From Heptranchias perlo (taxonomy: Eukaryota), in contig NC_090357.1 in NCBI RefSeq assembly GCF_035084215.1, positions 8,370,001 to 8,434,000 on the forward strand: a stretch of DNA of 64,000 nucleotides, given 5' to 3'. The position numbers and the translations under genes were made by a program. A model generated the notes under the pieces. It did no database searches. It had not been told where the DNA came from and saw only the letters and a program-made list of their open reading frames with translations. This document shows positions 13,354-26,160 of the stretch, piece after piece; position 1 is the first letter of the stretch; each line of letters starts with the position of its first letter.

Positions 13354-14648
13354 CAGACGCTCCAGCTGACAGCCTGTCATGCAGGTGCGCAGTCTGCCCA
13401 CTGCGCAACTTTCGGACGGCAAACCCGGAAGCCATTTTAAGAGCCACCAATTAACTCGCAATCGCGTGGGGAACGGTAAGTTTTTATTATCCGGGATTGG
13501 CGCACACCCATTGACTCCCCCTCCCCCCCCCTCCCCCCCGCTGTCCTTTGAAAATTGAGCCCATTGTTAATTCACATTATAAAAGTTTTTCAGGAAAAAG
13601 CCTCGAAGCAAACCAAGAATGTTTCTATAATCCCAAAGGGACAACACAGTGGATTAGACAGAAGTCAAAATTTACTGATTACAGGTACTTCAATAGAAAA
13701 CTGTGGGACCAGAAAGGCAAAATCTGCTTTTAAGTAAAGTCAGTCAACTGTGCTGGCAGAAAAGTTCCCACTTGATGAACCATCTAGTACTCCAATTGCT
13801 GTATTGTTGTCAGTACAAATCAGTGTCGAATATAGCCATTAAGTCATACACTCTACTGCTTCCAATTAAACATTACCGACAGCTGGACTACAGGGAATTG
13901 GATATAATAAGGGTGTTAACCTCAAAGAATGGAAACATTGCCTTGGGAGATTAGTAACAATGGCCTGTATATTTAGACCAATTTACTGAATGTTGGATTA
14001 ATCCCCCATAGATTATAGTGTATTCAACATTAGTAAATATTTTCCCTTTAAATTAAATGATTGTATACATTCATTCTCATCAAAAATCTCCTAAGAATTT
14101 TCAAATTGTGCAATTGCACAATTATTTAAGAAAACTGAGACATTTAAAAAGATATTATTTTAATTGTCTGGAAAAAGCTACATTAAAGCCACTGATTCAC
14201 GTATAAGTAATGTGTTTGTGATGCTGAAATTTGACACTCAACTTTCAGTGGCATTATAAATGCAGCCCACACAATTTTACCATTTACATCTTATGCAACA
14301 TAGGGACTGTTAAGATGCTTAAACAAGAACAAATCTTTAAAATCAAAAAATTGTTGGAAAACATTGCGAGAAATTATATTCACATTTTGAAGGCACTGAC
14401 TCATGTGGAGTATTGTTACACAGACACCAGCAACCCTCTAGTTCTTGGCCCAAGTTGTCAATTTTTATGTGTCCTTAGATAGTGAGTGTCAGCAGGCTAC
14501 GTAGTCAAAGGAACCATCAGAGCCCAGCCTAGTGCTGTCCTCAGCCTAATTTCATACCAATGCACTTTCCAGCAGGAATCACAGGACAACAATCAGTGGT
14601 GGGAACTCCGACCAATTTTGTTTTTCCTTGGCGCAGGTTCAGAGACGA

Positions 14649-15598
14649 GGGCCCTGATATTAACTTGGAGCCGGGAAGAGAGCGGGGATGGGCTTGCGAA
14701 CGGGGAACCCAGAAGTAAGGTTTCCCGCAGGTCCTACCGAATTTAACCGTAGGATTGGTTTAAAAAATTTTCAAAAGATTTTCCGCCCGGTAGCCAGTTT
14801 AATTGACACTCCTGCTCCTCCTGCCTGCCTGTTAGGTGGGAAAGCAGCCGGAGAGCGGATGGAAAGTAAGTCGGAGTTTGGATTGGGGGGGGGGGGGGGG
14901 AAGGTTTGGAGGGAGATTGGGATCTTTGGGGTTTGGATGGGGGGGCGGGGGGAAGAGTCGGACATCTTTTAGGGGGTGAGCAATGGGACATCATTGGTGG
15001 GGGGGAGTGGATCTGGGATGGGGGGGGGGGTCCTGGGTCGGGGGGGGGGGTCCTGGGTCATTGGGGAGGGATGCCTCAGAAATCGGGGGGATGGGGTGTG
15101 TGTCTCGGCCATCGGGGGGGGGGGGTACCTCGGACATAGGGGGGCGGGGGATCTCGGACATGGTGGGGGGGGCGGGGGTGGAATCTCAGACATCCGGGGG
15201 AGAGGGTGGGGGGGGGGGTCGGTCGATCATGGCAGGTCAGCTTGTTGGACCTGGAGGAAACACTCCTGCTCCTCCTGGCCCACAAGTAGTGACAAAGGCA
15301 CTTACCTCATGCCCTGGCTCTTCTCACCCCCTTTTCACTGGCGAGATTGACAAGCTCCGGGAAAGTCGTGCTGAAGGCGGTGAATTTAAAGGTTTGTGAA
15401 ATTCAATTTAAAAAGACCTAATTAATGTCTCATAAGGACGTTAATTGGTCCGAGAACTACCCGCCCGCCTGCATCAATTAGGGCCCGACTGCAGCGAGTA
15501 GGTTACTCACACACATCCAAACCCGCCTCTGTTAAACCCATGGGCACGTTGGAGTCGGGCTGTGGTCGCACTTGAAAAATCAATTATTTTAACTACCC
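14649..15598. mobile_element. Non-autonomous CpG-rich MITE-like element (probably Harbinger-type) with G-rich core
   Basis: Starts GGGCCCTGATATTAAC, similar to the Harbinger TIR start. CpG-rich, non-coding, interrupts a colinear SINE. Right TIR not found. Confidence 0.6.
14880..15220 (+). repeat. G-tract minisatellite with G-quadruplex potential
   Basis: Many runs of 4-16 G separated by short units such as atctcggacat, tcctgggtc and atcgg. Confidence 0.85.
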
Positions 15599-16753
15599 CC
15601 CAAGGTGTAGCACCGCACATCTGCCCCAGCTAAGATCAGATAATGCAGCAGAGTCCAACCATTGAACATGACAGCTATGTGGTTTGCAAGGCTTAGTACC
15701 ACACCAAGCACTGTGTTTACCCACTGAGCCACGTTATGCCTTTCAGACAGACAAGCATTCACAGTCTGAGCCATTATCTCCTCTGCATCTAATAGCCAAC
15801 CAGTCCTTGATAAAATGAAAGCAAGATGTGCTTTAGGAAGGCAGTCAGACTGACCCTGCCTTAGCTTACTTGGGAGAAGTGCTGAGGTTAGTCATTTCTT
15901 ACTTTCCTCAAAGACAGGGCAATTGAAGCTGGGATTCAAACTCAGGTTCTCTGTCTGGAAACCAATGTTCTGCAAATTTTTTTAAAATACATATGCATGG
16001 TTTGCAACCAAGAGTAACATATTTACAAGGTTTTAGGTGGCAGCCACATGCAAAATTTGGAATAGAACACTGAAATGATTCACTAACATAACCATTTGTT
16101 GAAGACAAAAACAATTGGCTGTCAACTGTGCAAATCAAATTGGTATTGATAATGGAATGCATCTTTTCTAAATCCACAAATAATTAGCAGAGATATTGCG
16201 TGATTAAAATTTCCATCCTGAGAGTTAAGAGTACTTTAAAATAAAAGTGCTAGTGATATTAAAGAAGCCACTTAATCAAAGAAATCTGACATCCATATTC
16301 AAAATACAATCATGCATGGTTTGGGTTCTTTGATTAAACTTATTTTCCAGATTTTTACCACCACAAAAATAATTATGTTCAAATTAGTGTCCATTAGAGA
16401 GATATGTAGAACAGTGAAGGTTAGCTCAGAAATCAAAACAACTTTTTAAAACCCATGTAATCTGCAGAGGTACCAAACTAGGTCCTTAATAATTAACATT
16501 TCCCTCAAAAACAAGCAGAGTGAAAGGGCTAACTGGGAAAAATTGTATAGCTTTAAACTGTAAAAGACTGACATACCATAAAAGCCTACATTATTCCTAG
16601 CATCTGCAGGTGTTACAAAGGGATTTAGTAATAAATCACCGACATAAATATACTAAAAGATACACTAGCAGTTGCTTCCATATTGCATCCATAGGACAGG
16701 ATTATGACAATACACAAATGCCTTAGATCACAACTAGCTTTTTCAACTAGTTA

Positions 16754-17533
16754 CCATAGAACCATAGAAAAGACACAGCACAGAAGGAGGCCATTCGGCC
16801 CATCGTGTCCGCGCCGGCTCGAAGAACAACCAGATGCCCATTCTAATCCCACCTTCCAGCACCCGGTCTGTAGCCCTGCAGCTTACAGCACTTTAGGTGC
16901 AGGTCCAGGTACTTTTTTTAAAAAAAAGAGTTGAGGGTCCCTGCCTCTATCACCAATTCGGGCAGCGAATTCCATACACCCACCACCCTCTGGGTAAAAA
17001 AGCTTTTCCTCATGTCCCCTCTAGTCCTTCCGCCAATCAGCTTAAATCTATGCCCTCTAGTTCTTGAACTCTCCGCTAGAGGAAACAGGTACTTCCTGTC
17101 TACTCTATCTAGGCCCCTCATAATTTTATAAACCTCAATCAAGTCTCCCCTCAGCCTCCTCGGCTGCAAGGAAAACAACCCCAGCCTATCCAATCTCTCC
17201 TCGTAGCTGCAATTTTCAAGCCCTGGCAACATTCTTGTAAATCTTCTCTGCACTCTCTCCAGAGCAATTATGTCCTTCCTGTAATGTGGTGACCAGAACT
17301 GCGCACAATAATCCAGCTGTGGCCTTACCAGCATTTTATACAGTTCCATCATTACATCCCTGCTTTTGTATTCTATACCTCGGCTAATAACGGAGAGCAT
17401 TCCATATGCCTTCTTCACAACCTTATCCACCTGTACTGCCACCTTCAGGGAACTGTGCACATGCACTCCAAGGTCTCTCACTCCCTCTACTCCTCTCAAT
17501 ATATTCCCATTTACTGCGTATTCCCCTTTACTG
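16754..17533 (-). mobile_element. Young 5'-truncated CR1 LINE
   Basis: ORF 16918-17499 (RDLGVHVH...LVRPQLDYCAQFWSPH...RRLRGDLIEVYKI) and 3' tail of TTCTATGG repeats. Confidence 0.93.
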
Positions 17534-17662
17534 ATACATTTATAAAATTACAGAATCAATCATTTCTGAACCAAACACTAAGAGCTAGCTCTGCCACCTA
17601 AAATTTGTGTCTGTGGGGTCCCCATGAATGTTTCAGTGCCACCCTTTCTATTCACTGTTTCA

Positions 17663-17866
<204 letters not shown>

Positions 17867-18609
17867 TTAACTATTTATCCTTTCTTTCTCCCCTCCACTG
17901 CTGCTAAACTCTAGTCCGATTACGCAAAAGGAATTGCTGACACCTCAGCAAGACTCTTTAATCAGTCTTACGCTGTCAACTCAGCTGGTTGAATATCTCC
18001 ATTTACATCAGGATGAAATAGGTTTCATGTCTCACATCTTTCGCAGAAGTGTTAGTAGAAGGAAACAGCAACAGGAGAGTTGATATTTCTCATTTATGTA
18101 AGAAACTGATAGTTTGACACAATTTTCGCTCATGTACTGCACACTTACAGATATAGTAAAACTTTTGTCCTACATTCAAAAAAAAAGTTTGTTCTATCTA
18201 TGATTTACTTTCTCAAATAAAATGTATAATTTGTTCCATTTACTACATTCTAAATGTGTAAAAATATATTAGCTTGGGACAGAGCAGGGAGGGAGGTGGG
18301 AGAAAGTTTCTGAACTTAATACGTGCGAGCATAACACAAATTACTTCAAAATTTAATTTTTACATTCATTTTATGATGACAGTTCTTTATTTTGTGGCTT
18401 CTGCTCTTGTGCAGCCAAAAACAGAACATTCATTTAAATATATATTTGATGAATGTTCTTTTACTGACCAAGTCTAGTTGTTATTCAGCAATGACTATAC
18501 AGCATTTAGACAAATGGGTCTCAAAATTCTCTGAACTTTTAAAAGAAAAATGACAGTTTGACCATACAGTCCCAGTTTGGACAAAACAATTATGTCAAAC
18601 ATTAAACTA

Positions 18610-18807
<198 letters not shown>

Positions 18808-20139
18808 TTATTTTAGTATATTTAAGAAGTATACATCACAAATAGAGATTTCAATTGTTTAGGTAACATTTTCACACACAAAATGCACAACATTTTTTCA
18901 TATTAATAATGCCTGGTATACTGTCAGTAATAGTTTTCATTTAATGCACTGCAGAATGCAAGTATTCAACCTATGAGAGGATCAAGTACTGAGAACATGA
19001 AGTGATTTTAAGGCAGTAGTTAGTATTAAATCTATGGCAAAAATCCACATTCCTTCAATGAGCTCAACTGCCACGACTGCGTAAGTATATTGCAACTTAT
19101 TTTGATCTACTCATGTTCATAAGAACACGCCTCATGACGGAAGTGAAGAGCCCATGCAGATTAATGCACTCAGCATAGTCAATCTCCTATTTCAGCAAAA
19201 GACACACTAAAATACTTATCACCGTGAACTGGCACAACAAAAGAAAGTAATATCTCTAAACCATTGCCAGAAAGAACAAGTTTATCCATGCCCCTAAAAA
19301 AAAAGTAATTTATCCCAATATATCCACTAATCGCTACAGATGTGTGAATGCTCCGAGGCACAGAGCACTTTTGGCCAATTGTCGCATTCTGTTATCACCG
19401 TGTGTTTTCTTTGATGGTCCTCTGCTGCAAACTACCACCCATTCGAGCATGCGTTATAGCCCCTAACAACTTATTAAATGGAGCAAAGGTCATTCATCAG
19501 AACAGATTTTCTATTAGAACAGTAAATGACAAGTGTTTTGCTGTATGTAACAGAGAACCATTGTGGTGCAGTGCACAAAAATGTAATTCACTTCAAGGGA
19601 AATAGTTAATAAAAGATGAAGATTCATTGTGATTCTTTCCAAAATGCAAGAAAGTTTCTAAATTAAAAGTTTATCAGAAATTTACACATTAAGTTGCAAA
19701 TTAATTTTTCACACAATTTCTTTTTGCTTTTAATAAATCCCCATCAAGTTTCAGTGATGAATAGCATGCTAGAAATGCAACTGAATCATTACTCAGCTAT
19801 TTTAAATCTCTTGGAGTAACATCTTAGTGCAGACAATACATTGTCAGAAGCCATGCAAAGCGGCTTTGAATTTTACACGGTCGAGGTTTAAAATGGCAGC
19901 CAACATCCCAATCGGGATGTCTAACTCAAAACCCTCCCCCAGTAAAATAATCTCCCCAAAGGAATTCACTCGGAGCAGTCAGGAGGCTGAGATGAAAACT
20001 GCTCAGGCATATAAACTCCTCTGTAGATGCTCTTAATGCCACTTAATCAACTCGTCAGAAAGTATGCTCGAGCATCAGCAGAATGGACTTCTTCCTTGTC
20101 AGTTTTACCTCTCTCCCTAAAGACTCCAATGAGACATCA

Positions 20140-20225
20140 ACAGCCACTGTACTTCAAAAGTAAATCACTGTGTGAAACACTAGGAGACATTTCAACATAG
20201 ATAGAGCTAAATAAATACAAGTATT
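20140..20225 (+). mobile_element. Degraded SINE 3' end (DeuSINE/L2-type tail)
   Basis: acttcaaaagtaaatcactg...gctaaataaatacaagt resembles DeuSINE 3' ends as recalled. Confidence 0.4.
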
Positions 20226-21414
20226 ATTATCCCACCAATCCCAAATAAATCTAAATTCGAAGGACCACTGAGACAGGGATTCACTCTTAAGGTTTGCTTG
20301 TGATAGTCAAGAGCCCAGGATCCAATCTATTGTATTATTTTACTCCACAGTCAGAAACTCAGTTTGAACCGATCCTTATTCAATACGAGTTCTCTTCTCT
20401 GATGAAACTTGTATACAAGATAACTTGCAGGGATGGATCCAAGGTCACTAAAACAGTTAGAGTTACACTCTTTGTCACACTGAAAACATATGAAAATAGG
20501 CACGGTTGTCCTGTAACACAGCATGGTTACATAGGACCGTCTCATAACTACAATTTAAGAACAGTGGATTCTCAACTGGTTTTCATTCTATCATTTATAG
20601 TACTGTAATCCCAAGTGGCACTTCAAGGCTGGGAAAATACTACTCTCATCATAATTCCTGTCAAATTGCTGTCTTTATTCACTTTAGTGGAAGAAAAATG
20701 GTGAACTAATTGGACATATTTTATTTACTGTGACAGTAACTACGAGATCCATCATTATAATTAAATACGTGCACCACAGTTTGAGTTTTGGGAGCATAAA
20801 GCATATCAACATCTTGTATTTTAATATTAACCTGATGCAATACATCAAGGATGTCCAACCTTCTGGAGCTGGGGGCTGGATACATGGGTCAAAACCAGTT
20901 TGTGGGCCGCTTATGATTAGGCAATAATGCAAGCCTCCCACATGTAAAAAAAGAGATTCCCTGAAACAAAAAAGTGAAATCCTGTGAGGCCCCTATCTTC
21001 CTTTCACCCTCATTTTCCCCACTCATTCTCATCCCTCCTTTGCCACATACTCCCCCCTCCTTTGAAGCATGATGATTCTTGTTCTTTCTCTATCTTCCTA
21101 ATCCCCTTTTCTAGACCTTTCCTTTTCTGGTTCTGGCTCTCCCTCTCCTTTTTTTTCCTATAAATTCCGATGTCCACATTTATAATAGAAACTGCCTACA
21201 TAACCTTGTCACAGCACTATTAAGCTACTTCCAGAATTTGTTTAATTTTTTTTTTTAAAAAGTATTTTAAATCTCATCTTAAATTAAAAAAATGTTTTTC
21301 TGTCTGTAATTTCAAATAGATTATTACTATGTTCCTAATTTTGGCAGAAATAATTAGAAGAATAAAAAAGAATTAATGCTAGCGGTGAGCATCCAATTAA
21401 TTAAGAGATAAAGA

Positions 21415-21535
21415 AAAACTGCAAATACTGGAAAATTGAAATAAAAAGAACAGAAAACTCTGGAAATGCATAGTGGGTTAGCCAGATTCTGAAAGCAAAA
21501 AAAAAGACACCCTGCCAGCATTTTCTGTTTTTATC
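21415..21535. mobile_element. Degraded inverted Penelope-type terminal remnant
   Basis: ataaaaagaacagaaaactctgg is inversely related to ccagcattttctgtttttat about 70 bp downstream, resembling old PLE pLTR ends. Confidence 0.35.
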
Positions 21536-23811
21536 CAATCAATTAAAACCAACCAGGTGATTTTATTGACTGACTTATACAGGTATAGCTCTGAAAAACA
21601 TTTAACAAATATCAATTAACGTGCAGCCATTTTGTTTTATTTTCAAAAATGTTATTTCTGGATTTATGTCATCTAAATTTTCTGCAAATCTGTTAAATGA
21701 ATCAGATTTCTGATAACATATCCACGAGTGGTTCATTTTAAGTGACAAGGAAAGGGATGAAATATTAGGTTAATTATGTCTAGCCCTTTCAATGTGGTGC
21801 AAATTCTACTGGAAATAATCACTATGCTCAAAATTAAATCACACAAAATTAAATCGCACAAGGTTGTTGACCTTGAAAGCAAGGGAGTTAAAAGCAAGTT
21901 TTGATCGATGTATAGATTTTGCCAATGGATTTCTAGGTAACTATATTTTTTTAACTCAAACACTTTTTCTGTGTTCTAAGATGACCTTGTACTCTGTTGT
22001 CCTGCAGTGTGCACCATTGATAATCCATTAGCTGCATTAAAGGGGAACTGGATTCATATGAATTGCCACATAATACCAAGTGTTACAAAGAGAAATGTGT
22101 ACATTCACTGTTGCATTTCTATGATATCTTATTACCATGTTGTATGCTTTAAAACCTGGATAAAATGAAACCTTGCATTTTGTGCTGAATTTCCCTCTTC
22201 AGTGATATTATGCATAGGAACATGTCACTGGAAGAAACTTATGTCAGTTAAAGCAGGGACAATTCAGATGAATAGAGGTCTTAAAAAATTAGAATAAGCT
22301 TACATGCCAACTTACTTTAAGGCACAGTCGTTCACTGGTAATTAAAAAGTAATTTAACATTCTATCAAATCTTGCACAATAGTTTCCTATGCTTTCACAC
22401 CGTTGACATTTGATGGGACTCTTGCAATTTTAATCGTCCAAAGTCATATATCAGTTGTTCCTCTCTACTATCCAATTGCCTACTTGATACAACATTAGAA
22501 ATTTCTTTAAGTTGTTAAGTTTTGATATATTTAGATTTGGGATCACAACTCACGTTTATACAACTGAAACACTCTTATCAGGTCTTCAGCTAAATTGATT
22601 TGATGGTGTTGGTGATCTCTGCTAGTAGCATCAAGGCACTGGTGAGCCTCAAGTCACATTTTCACACCTGACTAATAATTAAATTGACACAGACTGCTCC
22701 TCTTGCATTTAAACAGGGTGACAAATCTGTCTCATCTGTGATCATTTAGCAGAATTTTCCAAATGATTTTGCACTGTACACCAACAGACGTGTGACATGT
22801 GAGCTCTCATACTGCTAACAGCATTAATGTTTCAAGCTAATTACCTGAACATCCCACATAAATCCTTTGAGGACTGCAGCGCCCAGCTTACATAAAAAAT
22901 TAAATTTTGTAAGCATAGCATTGTGCATAGGAATACAAATGTGACAAAACCAGGTCAGTGCATGTAATTCCCAACACAATCAATTCCTAACAGAAGCTGC
23001 CAGGGAAGGGAAGGAAAATAAAAATGAAATGTTATCTTGGGCCACTATCGAGCATCTGTGGCTCACCATTTAGTGACCCACACGTGCTGCACCACCCTTG
23101 TCCATATCATTAGCTGCACAAATTTCCCTAATTCTGTTTTAACAACCAGTGTTACAAATATAAAGAAAATTACTTCAACAGAAATAAATGGGAGTGTAAT
23201 TTGCAAATTGCAACGAACATTCAGTATCAAAAGTTAATCTAGTCTGTCAAGATCAAAAATTTGTGACTGGCTGTTGTCATATGAATAATTGTAGTAAAGT
23301 ATTTCAATTAAATGTGCCCTTATGTTTTTTTATTTCGTGGAACACTGTCCACTACTCATTTAATTCTATTTTTCTTTTGTGCTGAACTTTGACAAACATA
23401 GAAACTTGTCAAAGTAATCACATGAGTGCACAAGATTATGACAAAGACACAGCAGTGTTTCTACTCCTTCAAGCAACACCTAATTTCATCCCTCAACACT
23501 TAATCTCAGTTCTCAGAAATCAATGTTTTGAAAAAATTTCCACTAAAAAAAATTCCAGTCTTCAAAATCCATCATCTAACCACTAAATCGTAAACCACAT
23601 GCAGTACTCGATTTCTCAAGGAACTATGCTTTGAGTGAGCTAATGTTTGTTAAAATTTTTTTTTTTTTAAGTAGGTTGCTTCAAACCAAGCTGTTTTCTT
23701 CCCTCTTCCCCTTCATACCACACACTGTTCTCTTTGGTCCAGAATAGCTAGATAGCCTGCTCCTAAATGTCTGCAGACCAGCTTTTGTATTGACTGCTAC
23801 AAGGAACCCAA

Positions 23812-24035
23812 AAACAGTGGTTAGAATGTGGAACTTGCTACCACATGGAGTAGTTGAGGCGAATAGCATAAATTCAATTAAGGGGAAGCTAGATAAATAT
23901 ATAAGAGAGAAAGGAATAGAAGGTTATGCTAATAGGGTTAGATGAAGTAAGGTGGGAGGAGACTCATATGGAGCATAAACACAGGCATAGACCAATTGGG
24001 CCAAATGACTTGTTTCTGTGCTGTAATTTCTATGT
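23812..24035 (+). mobile_element. CR1 3' end fragment
   Basis: gtggttagaatgtggaac...ggagcataaacacaggcatagacc...tttctgtgctgtaatttctatgtaa. Confidence 0.8.
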
Positions 24036-26035
24036 AAATTAGAGTAAATATCGCACCTTCCCTTTCTGCGCGTGCGGAAGTGCCTCTTTGTTGTCGACCC
24101 TTCTCGCAATGCATCTCAAAGATTTCAAAGTAACCATTCTGGGTGATCACGAGTACATTGAATGATCTGCTCTACCACCTGATTGCATAATAAGTTGGTG
24201 CACCAAAATATTGTGCCATCAGGCTGTCTACATCAGTCTTTCCTCCAATTAGGTAATCTGCTAAATTGGATTTTCCTTTGTACAATAGACAGAAAATTAC
24301 TTGCAACAATATTAGCAGTATTGTGTTGCATCTAATACTTATCATTTAAGAGATATTTTCATCTATGGAAATGATGCATTTTGCAGTTAAAAGTTATACT
24401 GCTACAGTTATGGAGTCAATGGAGCCTTAACACCATAACCCAACCTAACAGCAATTTGGCCTGCAGGAATAACATGCTATCCACCACTCTTTGCCTTCCG
24501 TTGATTTCCTCTGTTCCCTGCACTGTTCATTCATATTACGCAACACTCTCTTCCCACAGCTGTCAACATTTCCCAAAAGGTTCATTATGCTGGGTCATGC
24601 ATGACTTGTTTGTAACTAAACCAAACTATTCATTATTCCATTATGCTGCAATCACACAGCAATGTCGATATACCTTAACCCCTTTAACTGGTCTATTGCA
24701 AAAACTTTAACAGTAAAATTCATGTGTTCCTTTAATCTTTTAAAGGTGATAGTATTTTTCTAACAAGTGCATGCAAACTAACAATTAAAAAGCAAAATTG
24801 TCAAATAATACTGTGAATGAAGGAATGTTATGTGGCTCTGTGCAATTCTTTTGTCCAATTTTATAATAGGCACCAGTAATTTATAGAAATATTTTGACAG
24901 ATGTTATATAATATTAAAATGCATATTTTCATAGTTACATAAGAAATGCAATTTTCAAAAGGTTAATCTTTACACAACTTTAAGTTCCATGCTTGAAAGC
25001 CCTATTTCCCAAAAATGAAATTCATCATACAAAGAAAGTAGTTTAAGCCATAGTAAGAGGAAACCACATAATATTCTGTTGAAACCAGCAGAAAAATATA
25101 CTTGGCCTTACTTAACTATCTTAGTACTCAGTTTATGTCACTGAAACCTCAGTGAGATATGCAGATAGTAGATCCTTTTCTACAGAAAATTGGTACTACG
25201 ACATTTCAACCTACTCCATAGGTCTAACGGCCTTTATACTCGTATTTCTGCAGGTCCTGTTCAAGCCCTTCCCCAATTTGAAGGTTCTGGATCGCAAGCA
25301 TCAAACCTCAAATCTCCTGAACTTTTCAATTATGTATAATCTCACATGCCTGTTTGTCCATGAAAAGGCAGCATACTATTACCATAATTTACATTAGTTA
25401 CACCTGAACAAAATAACTCCCTGGATCGTATTGTGTTTAGATAAATTTGAAATATTCAAAATGTGAACTGCAAGAAATACAGTTGTAATAAAGTTAACAT
25501 TTAAACTGTGAAATAAAAAAATTCAAATTCAATTTTACACCGGTGACAATTTAATGTTACATAAGCAGGCTTATGAAATGGTTAATGCTTCACATTCATC
25601 GTTGATGACAGAATACAGCAGAATGCAGTAGGACTGGTACATCTTTACTGTAATCAACAAAATATATTTGGGAGACATGATGGAAAAGTGCAACAGTATT
25701 TACACCAAAGCACTGTCCAGCCTTATCTTTATGCCACATTACTCTTTCATAAAAAAAGATTGGTATCAAAAATATCAAGCAACTCCTGTGGATTTGAGAT
25801 TTCTATAAATTCAGAAGCCATGAAACATTCAAATATTTATGCAGGAACACAAAAATGCAAAACCAATGTTTCATCATTGAAAATTCATTTAGCTGTATAA
25901 ACTTTCATCTTTCTCACGTGCTCATACAGAAGATCCTACATTGCAGAACATATTACATTTTCATACGGTTTAAATTACAGTTAAAAAATAATTAATTTAC
26001 TTCAGGAAAGTTTACCAGTTACAGTTTCAGATTAG

Positions 26036-26160
26036 CCATGATGTGGAGATGCCGGTGATGGACTGGGGTGGACAAATGTAAGGAATCTTACAACACCAGG
26101 TTATAGTCCAACAATTTTATTTTAAAATAAAATTGTTGGACTATAACCTGGTGTTGTAAG
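26036..26160. mobile_element. Miniature Penelope-like insertion: tail plus perfect 74-bp palindrome, with TSD
   Basis: Homologous to 59882-59966. Palindrome 26087-26160 has no spacer. TSD TTTCAGATTAG at 26025-26035 and 26161-26171. Confidence 0.88.

Larger units (their letters stand above)
9300..13562 (+). mobile_element. Full-length PIF/Harbinger DNA transposon (4263 bp)
   Basis: TIRs GGCCTCAATTTTCAAA (9300-9315) and TTTGAAAATTGAGCCC (13547-13562) match at 15/16. 3-bp TSD ATT at 9297-9299 and 13563-13565. Contains a DDE transposase and a convergent Myb/SANT gene. Confidence 0.93.
14385..15735 (-). mobile_element. Ancient tRNA-derived SINE (AmnSINE2/LmeSINE-like), split by a MITE
   Basis: Head tggctcagtgggtaaa...tggtgtggtactaagcc at about 15735-15600. 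Body cctgctggaaagtgca, tagcctgctgacactcact, catgagtcagtgccttca at about 14635-14385. Family name recalled, not aligned. Confidence 0.65.

Noticed and set aside
14688-15399. Gly-rich and Pro-rich ORFs in several frames
   Set aside because: They are translation artefacts of the G-tract minisatellite.
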